NCBI GenBank assembly: GCA_050179015.1
Contig: JBFXFN010000004.1
Location: forward strand, 1,800-65,799
Direction: 5' to 3'
DNA from: Candidatus Methylacidiphilaceae bacterium
Lineage (GTDB): Bacteria > Verrucomicrobiota > Verrucomicrobiia > Methylacidiphilales > Methylacidiphilaceae
DNA: 64,000 nucleotides
Each line of letters opens with the position of its first letter. The stretch's first letter is position 1. The notes under the pieces were generated by a model, which made no database searches, was not told the origin of the DNA, and saw only the letters and a list, made by a program, of their open reading frames with translations. A program made the translations under genes and the position numbers. Below are positions 43,041-51,910 of the stretch, piece by piece.

Positions 43041-43113
43041 AAAGGGAAGGACTCGTGACCAGCCTTTCCCTTGACAGGATGCTCGAACGGTGGCACGGAT
43101 GTGGAACTTGGCC

Positions 43114-43186
43114 GGGGTCTTAGCTCAGTTGGTAGAGCGCCTCAATGGCATTGAGGAGGTCAGGGGTTCGAATCCCCTAGGCTCCA
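43114..43186 (+). tRNA. tRNA-Ala (anticodon GGC)
   Basis: GGGGTCTTAGCTCAGTTGGTAGAGCGCCTCAATGGCATTGAGGAGGTCAGGGGTTCGAATCCCCTAGGCTCCA carries the G3:U70 identity pair. The anticodon loop is ATGGCAT and no CCA is encoded. Confidence 0.9.
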
Positions 43187-43385
43187 TTCTTGGTGGCATG
43201 GGGTCGGCCTGATTAGCTGAAGAAGCGTCGGGAGGGACGTTACACTAAGTCCGCTCACGCGGGAGCGCTCGTTCCAGCCTGCAAGCTATTCCTCGCACAG
43301 CAGCGTCCTCAATTTTCGACGACGTTCTATAGGAAACAGGACAGCGCGGCGCTTGGCTGGCTCTGGCGCCCGTTGCAAGGCTCGG

Positions 43386-44249
43386 ATGACCGATCGCTTC
43401 GATCCAGAGCGGGAAGAATTGCCGGAGGCAGCACGGGTCCGCAACAGGAGTAGTCGGTTTTTCGGGAATGGGATTAAGCGGGTTGAGTTTCGTTTCTATG
43501 CGGGGCTCAACGACTTCCTGCCGAGAGCCAAGAAGCAACGCTCTTTCCCCCATTCTCTTTTGGGGAATGCATCGGTCAAAGATCTCATCGAGTCCCAAGG
43601 GGTCCCCCACACCGAAGTCGACCTAATCCTCGTCGATGGGCGACCAGTCGGCTTCTCCCATCCCGTCCAACACGGCGACCGGATCAGCATCTACCCCAAG
43701 TTCGAGTCGATCGAGATCGCCTCGCTTGCTCTCCTGCGCCCCAGGCCGGTGCAAGAGCCACGCTTCGTGCTCGACGTTCATCTGGGCCGGCTGGCGCGCT
43801 ACCTGCGCCTGTTGGGATTCGATTGCTTTTACCGGAACGATCTTGTGGACGAAGAACTCGTGAAAATAGCCTCTGCCGACCAGAGAATCCTGCTCACCCG
43901 CGATACGGGTCTTCTCATGCGAGCCGCCGTGACCCATGGCTATTGGCTGCGGGAGATCGAGATTCATCGGCAGGTTCTGGAGGTGATCCGCCGCTTCGAT
44001 CTCTCCAGGCGGGTTGCCCCCTTTACCCGCTGCCTTCTTTGCAACGGCCGTCTCCAGCCGACGGAAAAACGGGAGATCGCCGACCAGCTACCACAGAGAG
44101 TCGCGAACGCATTCGAGAAGTTTGTCCGCTGCGCGGAGTGTGGGAAGATTTATTGGAAGGGATCCCACTACGACCGCATGGCACGTTTTGTGACGAGGCT
44201 TTATCTGGACGGGAAGGAAGCGCCCAACGCGGGAGATGGTCGTGATTGA
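43386..44249 (+). CDS. Mut7-C (DUF82) PIN-like RNase domain protein with N-terminal ubiquitin-like beta-grasp domain
   Basis: The N-terminal part, VEFRFYAGLNDFLP...VKDLIESQGVPHTEVDLILVDGRPV...GDRISIYP, looks like a MoaD/ThiS-type beta-grasp. The RNase part follows (RFVLDVHLGRLARYLRLLGFD...ILLTRD), then a C-terminal Zn ribbon (CLLCNG...CAECGKIYWKGSH). The start could be Met1 or Met12 of the ORF. Confidence 0.75.
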   Translation: MTDRFDPEREELPEAARVRNRSSRFFGNGIKRVEFRFYAGLNDFLPRAKKQRSFPHSLLGNASVKDLIESQGVPHTEVDLILVDGRPVGFSHPVQHGDRISIYPKFESIEIASLALLRPRPVQEPRFVLDVHLGRLARYLRLLGFDCFYRNDLVDEELVKIASADQRILLTRDTGLLMRAAVTHGYWLREIEIHRQVLEVIRRFDLSRRVAPFTRCLLCNGRLQPTEKREIADQLPQRVANAFEKFVRCAECGKIYWKGSHYDRMARFVTRLYLDGKEAPNAGDGRD

Positions 44250-44281
44250 GTGGAGATCCGGGAATTTGCGAAACATCGGAG

Positions 44282-44830
44282 CTAATCGGCGGGCTTCTCT
44301 TTGTCCATGCCAAGCAGGGCGTAGGCTTCTCGGTAGGCGAGCATGGTCTCCTCACGGAAACAGACGAGAAAGACCTTTTCCGGAAGCCGATTGCTGTCGA
44401 GGAAGGTGGCGATCTCCCTTGTGGCGATGCGGGCTGCCCGGTCGACCGGAAAGCGGTAGGCCCCGGTGCTGATCGCTGGAAAGGCGACGGAACGGGCGGG
44501 TAGCGCGACAGCGAGACGAAGTGCTTCCCGGTAGCAACTGGCCAGAAGACCATCTTCTCCATATCCCCCGCCTCGCCAGAATGGCCCAACGGCATGAATC
44601 ACCCACTTGGCGGGAAGGCGAAATCCCTTCGTGACCTTTGCCTTTCCTACCGGGCAACCCCCGAGAGCGCGACATTGCTCCAACAACTCGGGACCTGCGG
44701 CATGGTGAATTGCGCCGTCGACTCCGCCTCCGCCAAGCAAGCTTGAATTCGCGGCGTTGACAACGGCATCAACGGGAAGGCGGGTGATATCGCCCAAAAG
44801 AATTTCAATCCGGCCAGGCGGGGAGGGCAT
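44282..44830 (-). CDS. macro domain protein (O-acetyl-ADP-ribose deacetylase / ADP-ribose binding, YmdB-like)
   Basis: [30 protein letters not shown] and [12 protein letters not shown] are the canonical Macro motifs. Confidence 0.9.
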   Translation of the reverse strand: MPSPPGRIEILLGDITRLPVDAVVNAANSSLLGGGGVDGAIHHAAGPELLEQCRALGGCPVGKAKVTKGFRLPAKWVIHAVGPFWRGGGYGEDGLLASCYREALRLAVALPARSVAFPAISTGAYRFPVDRAARIATREIATFLDSNRLPEKVFLVCFREETMLAYREAYALLGMDKEKPAD

Positions 44831-45126
44831 GATCGGACGAACTCACTAAATGTCGGAAGACGCTTCCTTACACGAGCTGCTCCTCAAAGGCGAGTCCACA
44901 TTCCGGTGATTGGGGGTTTTTTCTTGGAATCTCTCCAGTCGAAGCCAGGAACGGGAACGATCCCCCGCTAGCTGCTTTTTCGATCCGCCGTGGAGGTGAC
45001 CGAGGCCGAAATGCAGGATAGTGTCCGATTTTTTGAGTGGGGTTCGCTTTTTCGGTATTTTCTTAAACTACACTCAGGCTCATGGCGGGTTTCTGGAACC
45101 CCGGCGGATGCCCCGAAATGGTGCGA

Positions 45127-45202
45127 TGGTGGAGGTTGGGGGATTCGAACCCCCGACCTTCTCATTGCGAACGAGACGCTCTACCAACTGAGCTAAACCC
45201 CC
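45127..45202 (-). tRNA. tRNA-Ala (anticodon CGC), CCA encoded
   Basis: The reverse complement GGGGGTTTAGCTCAGTTGGTAGAGCGTCTCGTTCGCAATGAGAAGGTCGGGGGTTCGAATCCCCCAACCTCCACCA carries G3:U70. The anticodon loop is TTCGCAA and a 3' CCA is present. Confidence 0.9.
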
Positions 45203-45398
45203 AACGGACTGCCGCAAAATCTACAAAAGAAATAGGCGCTTGGAAACCGCAATTTCGCGCGCTGTCCGCCCGGCGGCCTGCCGAGACGCAGGACCAGCCC
45301 CATAAAGAGGGAGAAGCGGTTCCCGGAACCTGCTTTCCGCCGGCCCGCCCGTTGCACCATTCCCAGGATGGGGGCTTCGGGGCAAGACGAGCCGATTG

Positions 45399-46853
45399 CT
45401 AATGCGTCTCTTTCGGACGGAGCAGGGGAAAGAAGATCACGTCGCGAATCGATTCGCTGCCGGTAAGAAGCATCGCCAGCCGATCGATCCCGAGGCCGAT
45501 ACCTCCGGCGGGCGGCATCCCGTACTCAAGCGCCAAGAGGAACTCCTCGTCGACCTTCTGCTGCTCCTCACCCGCTTGATGTTCCAGGCGTCCCCTTTGC
45601 GCGATCGGATCGTTGAGTTCGCTATAGCCGGGGGCGATCTCTTGGCCGCCGATAATGAGCTCGAAGACATCGACTACGGAGGAATCTTCCCGAGATTGGC
45701 GCGCAAGGGGCACCATTTGCGTGGGAAGGTGGGTTACGAAGAGCGGGCCGGCGGTACGGGCCTCGACCAGCTTTTCGAAGGTGTGCCGGGTGACGTCGAT
45801 CTCCTCGGCATTCGGCAAAAGCTCGACGCCAAGCCCTTCGGCAAGGTTGCGCCGCTCTTCCGGGGCGAGCGAGAACCAGTCCTTCCCCGTCGCCTCTTGC
45901 AGGCACTGGTCGAATCTCTTTCTGGGCCAGGGAGGGGATAGATCGATCGAGGGGAAGGCTAGCGCCGGAGAAGAGAGATGGAAGCCGCCGCGAACCACCT
46001 CGGCCAGATGGCAGATGAGCGACTCGAGAAGCTCTGCCATCTGCGAGAAGTCCGCATAAGCCCAATAGGCTTCGAGCATTGTGAACTCGGGATTGTGCTT
46101 GCGGGAGAGGCCCTCGTTGCGAAAGTTCCGATTGAGTTCGAAGATACGCTCGAAGCCTCCGACCAGAAGCCTCTTGAGGTAGAGTTCCGGTGCGATGCGG
46201 AGGTAGAGCGGGATGCCGAGGGCCTCGTGGAAAGTCGAAAAGGGCATGGCTGCGGCTCCGCCGGGAATGGGCTGCATCATCGGAGTTTCGACTTCGAGGA
46301 ACCCGCGCTCCTCGAGGAAGCGGCGAATCTCGCGGACGATCCGGATCCGCTTGTGGAAGATCTCTCGAACCTCGGGATTGGCGATAAGGTCGAGATAGCG
46401 CTGTCGGTAGCGGGCCTCCACGTCGTGGAGGCCATGCCACTTCGAGGGGAGAGGGCGGAGCGACTTGGAAAGAAGCGTGCAGTGGAGGACCCTTAAGGTC
46501 TTTTCGCCGGTCTTCGTCTGGAAGCATTCTCCTTCAACCCCAACGATGTCTCCCAAGTCGAGGAGCTTAAGATCGGCGAATCGGTCCCCCAGCGATTGGA
46601 GATTGGCGTAAATCTGCATCTTGCCGCTCGAGTCCTGAATGTGGGCAAAGACGCTTTTGCCCATCTCGCGGATGGAGAGAAGCCGCCCCGCCAGCTTCGC
46701 CTGCTTCCCCTCGGCAAAGACGGAGAGTAGCTCGGCGACGGACATGGTGCCGGGAAAGGCGGCGCCGAAGGGGTCCACGCCGCGGGCCCGCCAAGCGGCC
46801 AGCTTTTCTCGCCGGAGGCGGAGGAGATCTTCAGTTCCTTCGTTCGCGCTCAT
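45399..46853 (-). CDS. lysS: lysyl-tRNA synthetase, class II
   Basis: The 484-aa product has an N-terminal OB anticodon-binding domain and class II motifs (FLEVETPMMQ, FRNEGLSRKHNPEFTMLE, GIGLGIDRLAMLL). Its ATG overlaps the queD stop. Confidence 0.94.
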   Translation of the reverse strand: MSANEGTEDLLRLRREKLAAWRARGVDPFGAAFPGTMSVAELLSVFAEGKQAKLAGRLLSIREMGKSVFAHIQDSSGKMQIYANLQSLGDRFADLKLLDLGDIVGVEGECFQTKTGEKTLRVLHCTLLSKSLRPLPSKWHGLHDVEARYRQRYLDLIANPEVREIFHKRIRIVREIRRFLEERGFLEVETPMMQPIPGGAAAMPFSTFHEALGIPLYLRIAPELYLKRLLVGGFERIFELNRNFRNEGLSRKHNPEFTMLEAYWAYADFSQMAELLESLICHLAEVVRGGFHLSSPALAFPSIDLSPPWPRKRFDQCLQEATGKDWFSLAPEERRNLAEGLGVELLPNAEEIDVTRHTFEKLVEARTAGPLFVTHLPTQMVPLARQSREDSSVVDVFELIIGGQEIAPGYSELNDPIAQRGRLEHQAGEEQQKVDEEFLLALEYGMPPAGGIGLGIDRLAMLLTGSESIRDVIFFPLLRPKETH

Positions 46854-47233
46854 GCTGGGGGCGACGCCTGCTTGGCGCCTCGGTAGCTACACCGGACCCG
46901 CGGCGTTTCGCAAATCGTGATCCGGGCAAGTCCTGGGAGAAGTGGATCGAGCCTATCCCAAAACCAGCGGGCCATCGATTCGATGGTCGGATTTTCTAGG
47001 CCGGGAATCTCGTTGAGGAGATGATGATCCAACTGTTCCAGGAGGGGTTCGACGGCGCGCGATATCCGGGCATGGTCATAGAGAATGCCTGTCGTGGGGT
47101 CGACTTCGCCCTCGACCGTCACACGCACCTCGAAACTATGGCCGTGGAGGCGGCGGCACTTGTGGCCTTCCGGAAACCCGGGAAGCTGCTGAGCCGCCTC
47201 GAAAGTAAAATCCTTTTCAAGCGTTACGTGCAT
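46850..47233 (-). CDS. queD: 6-carboxy-5,6,7,8-tetrahydropterin synthase
   Basis: From Met23 of ORF 46850..47299 the sequence MHVTLEKDFTFEAAQQLPGFPEGHKCRRLHGHSFEV is the QueD/PTPS Zn-His motif. Confidence 0.88.
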   Translation of the reverse strand: MHVTLEKDFTFEAAQQLPGFPEGHKCRRLHGHSFEVRVTVEGEVDPTTGILYDHARISRAVEPLLEQLDHHLLNEIPGLENPTIESMARWFWDRLDPLLPGLARITICETPRVRCSYRGAKQASPPA

Positions 47234-47665
47234 AGAGCGTAGGCCACCTTCTCCATATGGGCGGAAGCCTGCGTGCGTGCAAGCGGCCATTTCGCACAAA
47301 TTTCATGCGCGCACGCGCCGCAGAAGACTGTGGATGCAAGTTCGGCACCGTTTGTGCGCCGGAGGTGCACATGATGGGCATATTGCCAGGATGGAAAAAC
47401 CAAGCCGAACGAAGCAGTCATGCCCCTTCCGCCGGCCGCAGGAGAAAGCTTGGAAAAGGTGGCCACGCAGCCCACGGACGACCTGTTTCTAGCACACGCT
47501 CCGTCCCGGCGACGGGGTCCTCAAGGCGGGTTGCCGTCGATTCGAGGGAGAGCATTCGCCTGCGGCAATGTAGGGGAAAGATCGGATGAGCCCATCGGCG
47601 CCGAGTCGAAAGCGAAAGATGCGCATCGCCAGTTCCCTTTTTTCGCGCTAAGCTTCGCCTGCAAA

Positions 47666-48592
47666 ATGCGATTCCAGCCTCTTGGGAAAACCGGACTGCT
47701 CGTCTTCCCGCTTGGCTTGGGAGCCGCCGAGATGGGCTTTGTGGGAATGGACCAGGCGGCGGCCACCGAGCTGCTCCACTTTGCCATCGATCACGGGATC
47801 AACGTGATCGACACCGCGGCGGGCTACGGAGCCTCCGAGGAGCGGATCGGCGCGGCGCTTGGCCCGCGGCGACGGCAGTGCGTGCTCGTCTCGAAATGCG
47901 GTTGGGCGGGGGAGGGAGAAGGGGGCCCGGAATCCTGGACGGCTGAACACATTGCGCGCTCCATCGAACGGTCGCTGCGGCGACTGCGAACCGATCATAT
48001 CGATCTCATGCTGCTCCACTCGTGCGACCGTCCGGTTCTTGAGCGCGGCGAAGCTCTGGCCGCATTACGAAGGGCTCAGGAGGCGGGGAAGGTCCGGTAC
48101 ATCGGCTATTCGGGGGATGGCGAGGCTGCTGAGTTCGCCTGCCGGCTGCCGGAAGTATCAGCAATCGAGATCAGCGTGAGCTTCTGCGACCAGGCGAACC
48201 TCGAAACGGTCTTGCCCGCCGCTCGAGCGGCCCAGATCGGAGTATTGGCCAAACGATCGCTGGCGAATGGAGCTTGGCGTTCAGTGGAGGAAGTTCACCC
48301 CGCCTATCGGGAGTACGTGCGCCCCTACGCCGACCGCTTCCGGGCGATGGGGGTCGAACTCGCCAAATTGGGGGCCAAGGAGATGGGATGGGCCGAAGCG
48401 GCCCTGCGGTTTGTGCTGGCCCAGCCGGGAGTTCACGTCGCCTTGGCAGGAAGCGCCCGTTTCGAGCATCTTTTCGAGAATTTGGAGGCGGTCCGGCGGG
48501 GTCCCTTGCCGCACGAGATGGTGACCCGGCTGCGTCATGCTTTCGCCGAGGCGGAGAGCCGGTCGGGAAAAAGGTGGCAAGCATTGCGATGA
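47666..48592 (+). CDS. aldo/keto reductase family oxidoreductase
   Basis: Starting from Met83 of ORF 47420..48592, the product reads MRFQPLGKTGLLVFPLGLGAAEMG. GINVIDTAAGYG and DLMLLHS match AKR blocks. Confidence 0.85.
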   Translation: MRFQPLGKTGLLVFPLGLGAAEMGFVGMDQAAATELLHFAIDHGINVIDTAAGYGASEERIGAALGPRRRQCVLVSKCGWAGEGEGGPESWTAEHIARSIERSLRRLRTDHIDLMLLHSCDRPVLERGEALAALRRAQEAGKVRYIGYSGDGEAAEFACRLPEVSAIEISVSFCDQANLETVLPAARAAQIGVLAKRSLANGAWRSVEEVHPAYREYVRPYADRFRAMGVELAKLGAKEMGWAEAALRFVLAQPGVHVALAGSARFEHLFENLEAVRRGPLPHEMVTRLRHAFAEAESRSGKRWQALR

Positions 48593-48939
48593 AGGAGAAA
48601 GGAACCGATTGGATCGAAGCGACTCCGCTGAATCGGAACTCTCTGGCCGTCCGAGTGGTTCCCAACGCTCGAAAGACCGAGATTGCGGGATATGTGGACG
48701 GGGTCGTGCGGGTGCGGCTGCGTGCCCCGGCGCTCGAGGGGCGAGCCAACGAGGAGCTCATTTGCTTGCTCGCCAAAGTGTTCGGCACACGGAGATCGCA
48801 GGTCGTGCTGGTGCGTGGAGCCAAATCACGCGAGAAGCGGTTCCAAATTCAGGGCTGGGAGGGAAATGGAGAGTCCGCCGGGGTCTGGGTGGCGCGCTGG
48901 GCGCAGCGGACAGCCGGTCCAAGAGGCAAGTCCCAATGA
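48589..48939 (+). CDS. DUF167 (YggU) family protein
   Basis: LAVRVVPNARKTEIAGYVDGVVRVRLRAPALEGRANEELICLLAKVFGTRRSQVVLVRGAKSREKRFQI is the typical YggU pattern. The ATG overlaps the AKR stop (ATGA). Confidence 0.8.
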   Translation: MKEKGTDWIEATPLNRNSLAVRVVPNARKTEIAGYVDGVVRVRLRAPALEGRANEELICLLAKVFGTRRSQVVLVRGAKSREKRFQIQGWEGNGESAGVWVARWAQRTAGPRGKSQ

Positions 48940-49763
48940 TCCAGCAGGAATGGCGGCGCGTACGGTACCCCGCCGGCATCGGGGCTCTTCTTCTGATCGG
49001 CTGGAGTTCTCTGCTCGGCGCTGTTGAAGCGGCGGAAGGCCCACTGATCACCAATCCGCCCATCATCGTCGCCTTCCCCGTGGAGGATGGCTCCGACGGA
49101 GTCCATTTTCGATATCCCGTCGCCATCAACGAGCAGATCGTGGTCCATCCAAAAGAGAAGCTTCGGACTCTCTATGTGAAACCCGAGCTCGAGGAAAAGG
49201 TCGAAGAGGAGCAGAAGAACGCCGAGCATAAGGCGGCGGCCTACTCGCGGAAGCCGACGCCCGATCCGCTCAGCGAAACGCCGGCGGAGCGCGCCCTGAA
49301 AAAGTTCACCCGCACGGTCTGGCCTTCCAAGACGACATTTCTTCAGGCGCTCGAAGTGCTAAACGGCGCCGATCTGCGGCTGATTTATGAGCGGGTGGAA
49401 GAGGACAAGATTTGCGACGAGCCGGTGAGCCTGCCGGCAGGCCTCTTGTTGGCTGCGGTCGATGGGCGCATTACGGTCTTGGCTGTTCAGGCCGGCGAAA
49501 AAGGCGAGCGGGGAGGCTTTCAGCCGGAGGATCGCATCATTACCATTCGCGGGCAGCCCTTTGTTGGGACGCTCGAGGAGTTCCTGGAACTCTACAGGAG
49601 GGCCAATCTCGGGAGAAAATCCGGCGAAAGCGAGGAACTCCGCTTCACGGTCTACCGAGCGGGAAACGCGGAGCCGGTCTCCGTTTCCCTTCCGCTTCCC
49701 CCCAGCCTCCAACAGAGCCTCTTGGACGTTTCGTCGGAAACGGAGCATGGACATTCGAATTAG
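48936..49763 (+). CDS. hypothetical secreted protein with C-terminal PDZ-like domain
   Basis: The ATG overlaps the DUF167 stop (ATGA). A signal peptide is present (AGIGALLLIGWSSLLGAVEAAEG). The C-terminal LLAAVDGRITVLAVQAGEKGERGGFQPEDRIITIRGQPF...LRFTVYRAG is PDZ-like. Confidence 0.65.
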   Translation: MIQQEWRRVRYPAGIGALLLIGWSSLLGAVEAAEGPLITNPPIIVAFPVEDGSDGVHFRYPVAINEQIVVHPKEKLRTLYVKPELEEKVEEEQKNAEHKAAAYSRKPTPDPLSETPAERALKKFTRTVWPSKTTFLQALEVLNGADLRLIYERVEEDKICDEPVSLPAGLLLAAVDGRITVLAVQAGEKGERGGFQPEDRIITIRGQPFVGTLEEFLELYRRANLGRKSGESEELRFTVYRAGNAEPVSVSLPLPPSLQQSLLDVSSETEHGHSN

Positions 49764-49919
49764 CGGCCATGTCCTTTCTGCCAACCGGGAGAGCAAGCTT
49801 GTGAGAAATGGCTGGTACCCTAGAGGCGGGGCAACAGGAGAGTTTTCGATGGAGTTTTTGGAAGGGATGGGTAAAAAGACCGACGGCAGCCCGGAACGAA
49901 CGAAAAGGAAGGGACACTG

Positions 49920-50660
49920 GTGATCAAGTTCTTTTTGGGAATTGCGTTGATCGGCAGTTTGGCGACCGCGGTGCTCGGATTTTTGGTGGCAAACCAGCGA
50001 AACAGCTATCGCCGGGAGTACGAAAAAACCGCCGCGCATCTCAAAGCCGTGACCGAGCAGGCCGAAGAGAGCAAGGTTTTGGCGGCCGAGGCTCAAAAGA
50101 AGTACGAGGAGGCACGCGCCAAGATAGCCGAGGCCACCGAAAAGTTGGCCCAGGCGGAAAATCAGGTGGGCAGTGGAGACAGCCGGCTCGAGGAGGCGGA
50201 GAAGCGCGCCAAGGATGCCGAGCAACGGGCGCAGCAGGAGAAGGCGGAAATCGAAGAACTAGGGAGCAAGCTCGAGTCGGAGAAAGCCGCGAGCGAAGCG
50301 GCAACCGCCAAGGTCGAAAGCCTGCTCAAGGAGAAGCAGGCGTTAGAGGAAAACCTCTCCAAGCTGAGCTCGGAGGTCGGACGGATGCGCGAGGTTTCCC
50401 CCTCGATCGCCCGGGCGGCGTCAATGCGCTCGGGAATTCGGGGCAAGGTCGTATCGGTCAATCGCAATTGGAATTTCGTGGTCTTGAATGTCGGCGAAAA
50501 GGATGGCTTGGTGGAAAACGGTCAGCTTAACGTCTTTCGAAGCGGCCAACCGGTCGGCAAGGTAAAAATCGTCTCGACCGAGGCAAACACGGCGGTGGCC
50601 GACGTGGAGGCCGGAACCGGCCAAGGAGGGATTCAGCCTGGAGACGATGTGTTGAATTAA
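49920..50660 (+). CDS. hypothetical membrane-anchored coiled-coil protein with small C-terminal beta-rich domain
   Basis: The gene has a GTG start. The product has an N-terminal TM segment (FFLGIALIGSLATAVLGFLV), about 150 aa of Ala/Glu/Lys coiled coil, and a C-terminal GKVVSVNRNWNFVVLNVGEKDGLVENGQLNVFRSGQPVGKVKIV. I recognise no family. Confidence 0.6.
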   Translation: MIKFFLGIALIGSLATAVLGFLVANQRNSYRREYEKTAAHLKAVTEQAEESKVLAAEAQKKYEEARAKIAEATEKLAQAENQVGSGDSRLEEAEKRAKDAEQRAQQEKAEIEELGSKLESEKAASEAATAKVESLLKEKQALEENLSKLSSEVGRMREVSPSIARAASMRSGIRGKVVSVNRNWNFVVLNVGEKDGLVENGQLNVFRSGQPVGKVKIVSTEANTAVADVEAGTGQGGIQPGDDVLN

Positions 50661-50762
50661 CCTTCGAGCTCTGGCATTTTCGGAGGATGTCGTCTGAACG
50701 GTCCGGGCGACTGTACGGATTGGAAAAGAGGAGAGTATCGTCCGTCTTGGAACTGGAGAAAG

Positions 50763-50993
50763 ATGCGGAAGATGAGGACAAATGCCAAGTTCGGTTTAAT
50801 TCTGGCCGCCGGAGCGATCTTGCTTGGAGGGTGCGCTTCCTCCAACAACCAGTCGTCGGCGCAGAAGCAGGCGGCAAAACAGGGGAAACAGGTATCCGAC
50901 CTCCCGTGGAATCGGCCTCCGTCCTGGCAGCAGGCCGGAGCGGCGGGAGCCTACTTGGGAGGAATGGGGACCACCCCCGGAGCTCCTTATTAA
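50763..50993 (+). CDS. small putative lipoprotein
   Basis: The 76-aa product has a signal peptide with a lipobox-like LLGGC|ASS. The mature part is low-complexity and rich in Gln, Ser, Ala and Gly. Confidence 0.5.
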   Translation: MRKMRTNAKFGLILAAGAILLGGCASSNNQSSAQKQAAKQGKQVSDLPWNRPPSWQQAGAAGAYLGGMGTTPGAPY

Positions 50994-51201
50994 GCCCTTG
51001 TTAAGAAAGCGGCTTATCAACGGAAATTTGGCACGCAGGCAAGCCTAGAAAGAAGGCGGTTCGATGTCGGCGGACCAAGGTTTCCACCTGCGTTGCGCGG
51101 AAAACTCCGCTGCGGCTGGCGCCAGGACGCCGTGCGTTTCGTTGAATTCGGGGAGCATTTCTTCGCTCCTCCCTCAGCAGAAAGCCTGCGAGATGCGCGG
51201 G

Positions 51202-51882
51202 CTATACCCCTCGGGTACCGGGATCCCAGATGAACTTGTGGAGCTGGAAGCCCAGGCGAACGGGCAGGCGATCGCGGAGCAGCCAGCTCGCCAATGTTTC
51301 CAAGGATAGCTCGCCATACACCGGAGAGAAGTGGATGGCTCGGACCAGCTTTGCCCACGGAGCCTGGCGGACCCGATCTCGGGCCCACCGGTAGTCGAGT
51401 TCCGTGCCGATGACAAACTTCACCTCGTCCCGCGACCCCAGTAGGTCGAGGTTTGCGGCAAGATTGCGGGAGGATTCCCCGCTCGATGGACACTTGTAAT
51501 CGACGATGCGATGGACGCGCGGATCGATTCCGGCAATCGAGTGCGCTCCGCTGGTTTCTAGGAGGACGGTGTAGCCCGCATCGGAGAGACGTCGGAGAAG
51601 AAGACGGCTATGTTTCTGGAGAAGGGGTTCCCCGCCAGTCACTTCGACGAGCTCGCAGCCGAATCGCTCGACCTCCTGCAATAGATGGCTCAGTGGCGCT
51701 CGCTTCCCTTCGAAAAACGCATATTGGGTGTCGCACCAGTGACAGCGGAGGTCGCATCCCGTCAGCCGGATAAAGACACATGGCTCCCCGGCAAATGTGC
51801 TCTCTCCCTGGATGCTCTGGAAAATCTCATTGACTACAACTGCCGGCTCTTGGCGTGCTGTATCAGTAGAGGAGCCCCCCAT
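51202..51882 (-). CDS. queE: 7-carboxy-7-deazaguanine synthase (radical SAM)
   Basis: VNEIFQSIQGESTFAGEPCVFIRLTGCDLRCHWCDTQYAF is the QueE N-terminal block with the CxxxCxxC cluster. Confidence 0.9.
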   Translation of the reverse strand: MGGSSTDTARQEPAVVVNEIFQSIQGESTFAGEPCVFIRLTGCDLRCHWCDTQYAFFEGKRAPLSHLLQEVERFGCELVEVTGGEPLLQKHSRLLLRRLSDAGYTVLLETSGAHSIAGIDPRVHRIVDYKCPSSGESSRNLAANLDLLGSRDEVKFVIGTELDYRWARDRVRQAPWAKLVRAIHFSPVYGELSLETLASWLLRDRLPVRLGFQLHKFIWDPGTRGV

Positions 51883-51910
51883 GGGTTAGATCTCCAGCTG
51901 GCTCAATCTC

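Noticed and set aside
43042-43072. An imperfect hairpin, aagggaagg...cctttccctt, after the Sel1 gene. I considered it as a possible terminator.
   Set aside because: The stem has a bulge and no U-tract follows. The tRNA gene starts about 40 nt later. The evidence is too weak to list as a feature.
44831-45126. A 296-nt intergenic region upstream of the macro-domain gene that contains gggggtttt, resembling the 5' end of the adjacent tRNA-Ala. I considered a tRNA fragment or att site.
   Set aside because: The match is only about 9 nt and there are no accompanying mobile-element genes, so it is most likely coincidental.
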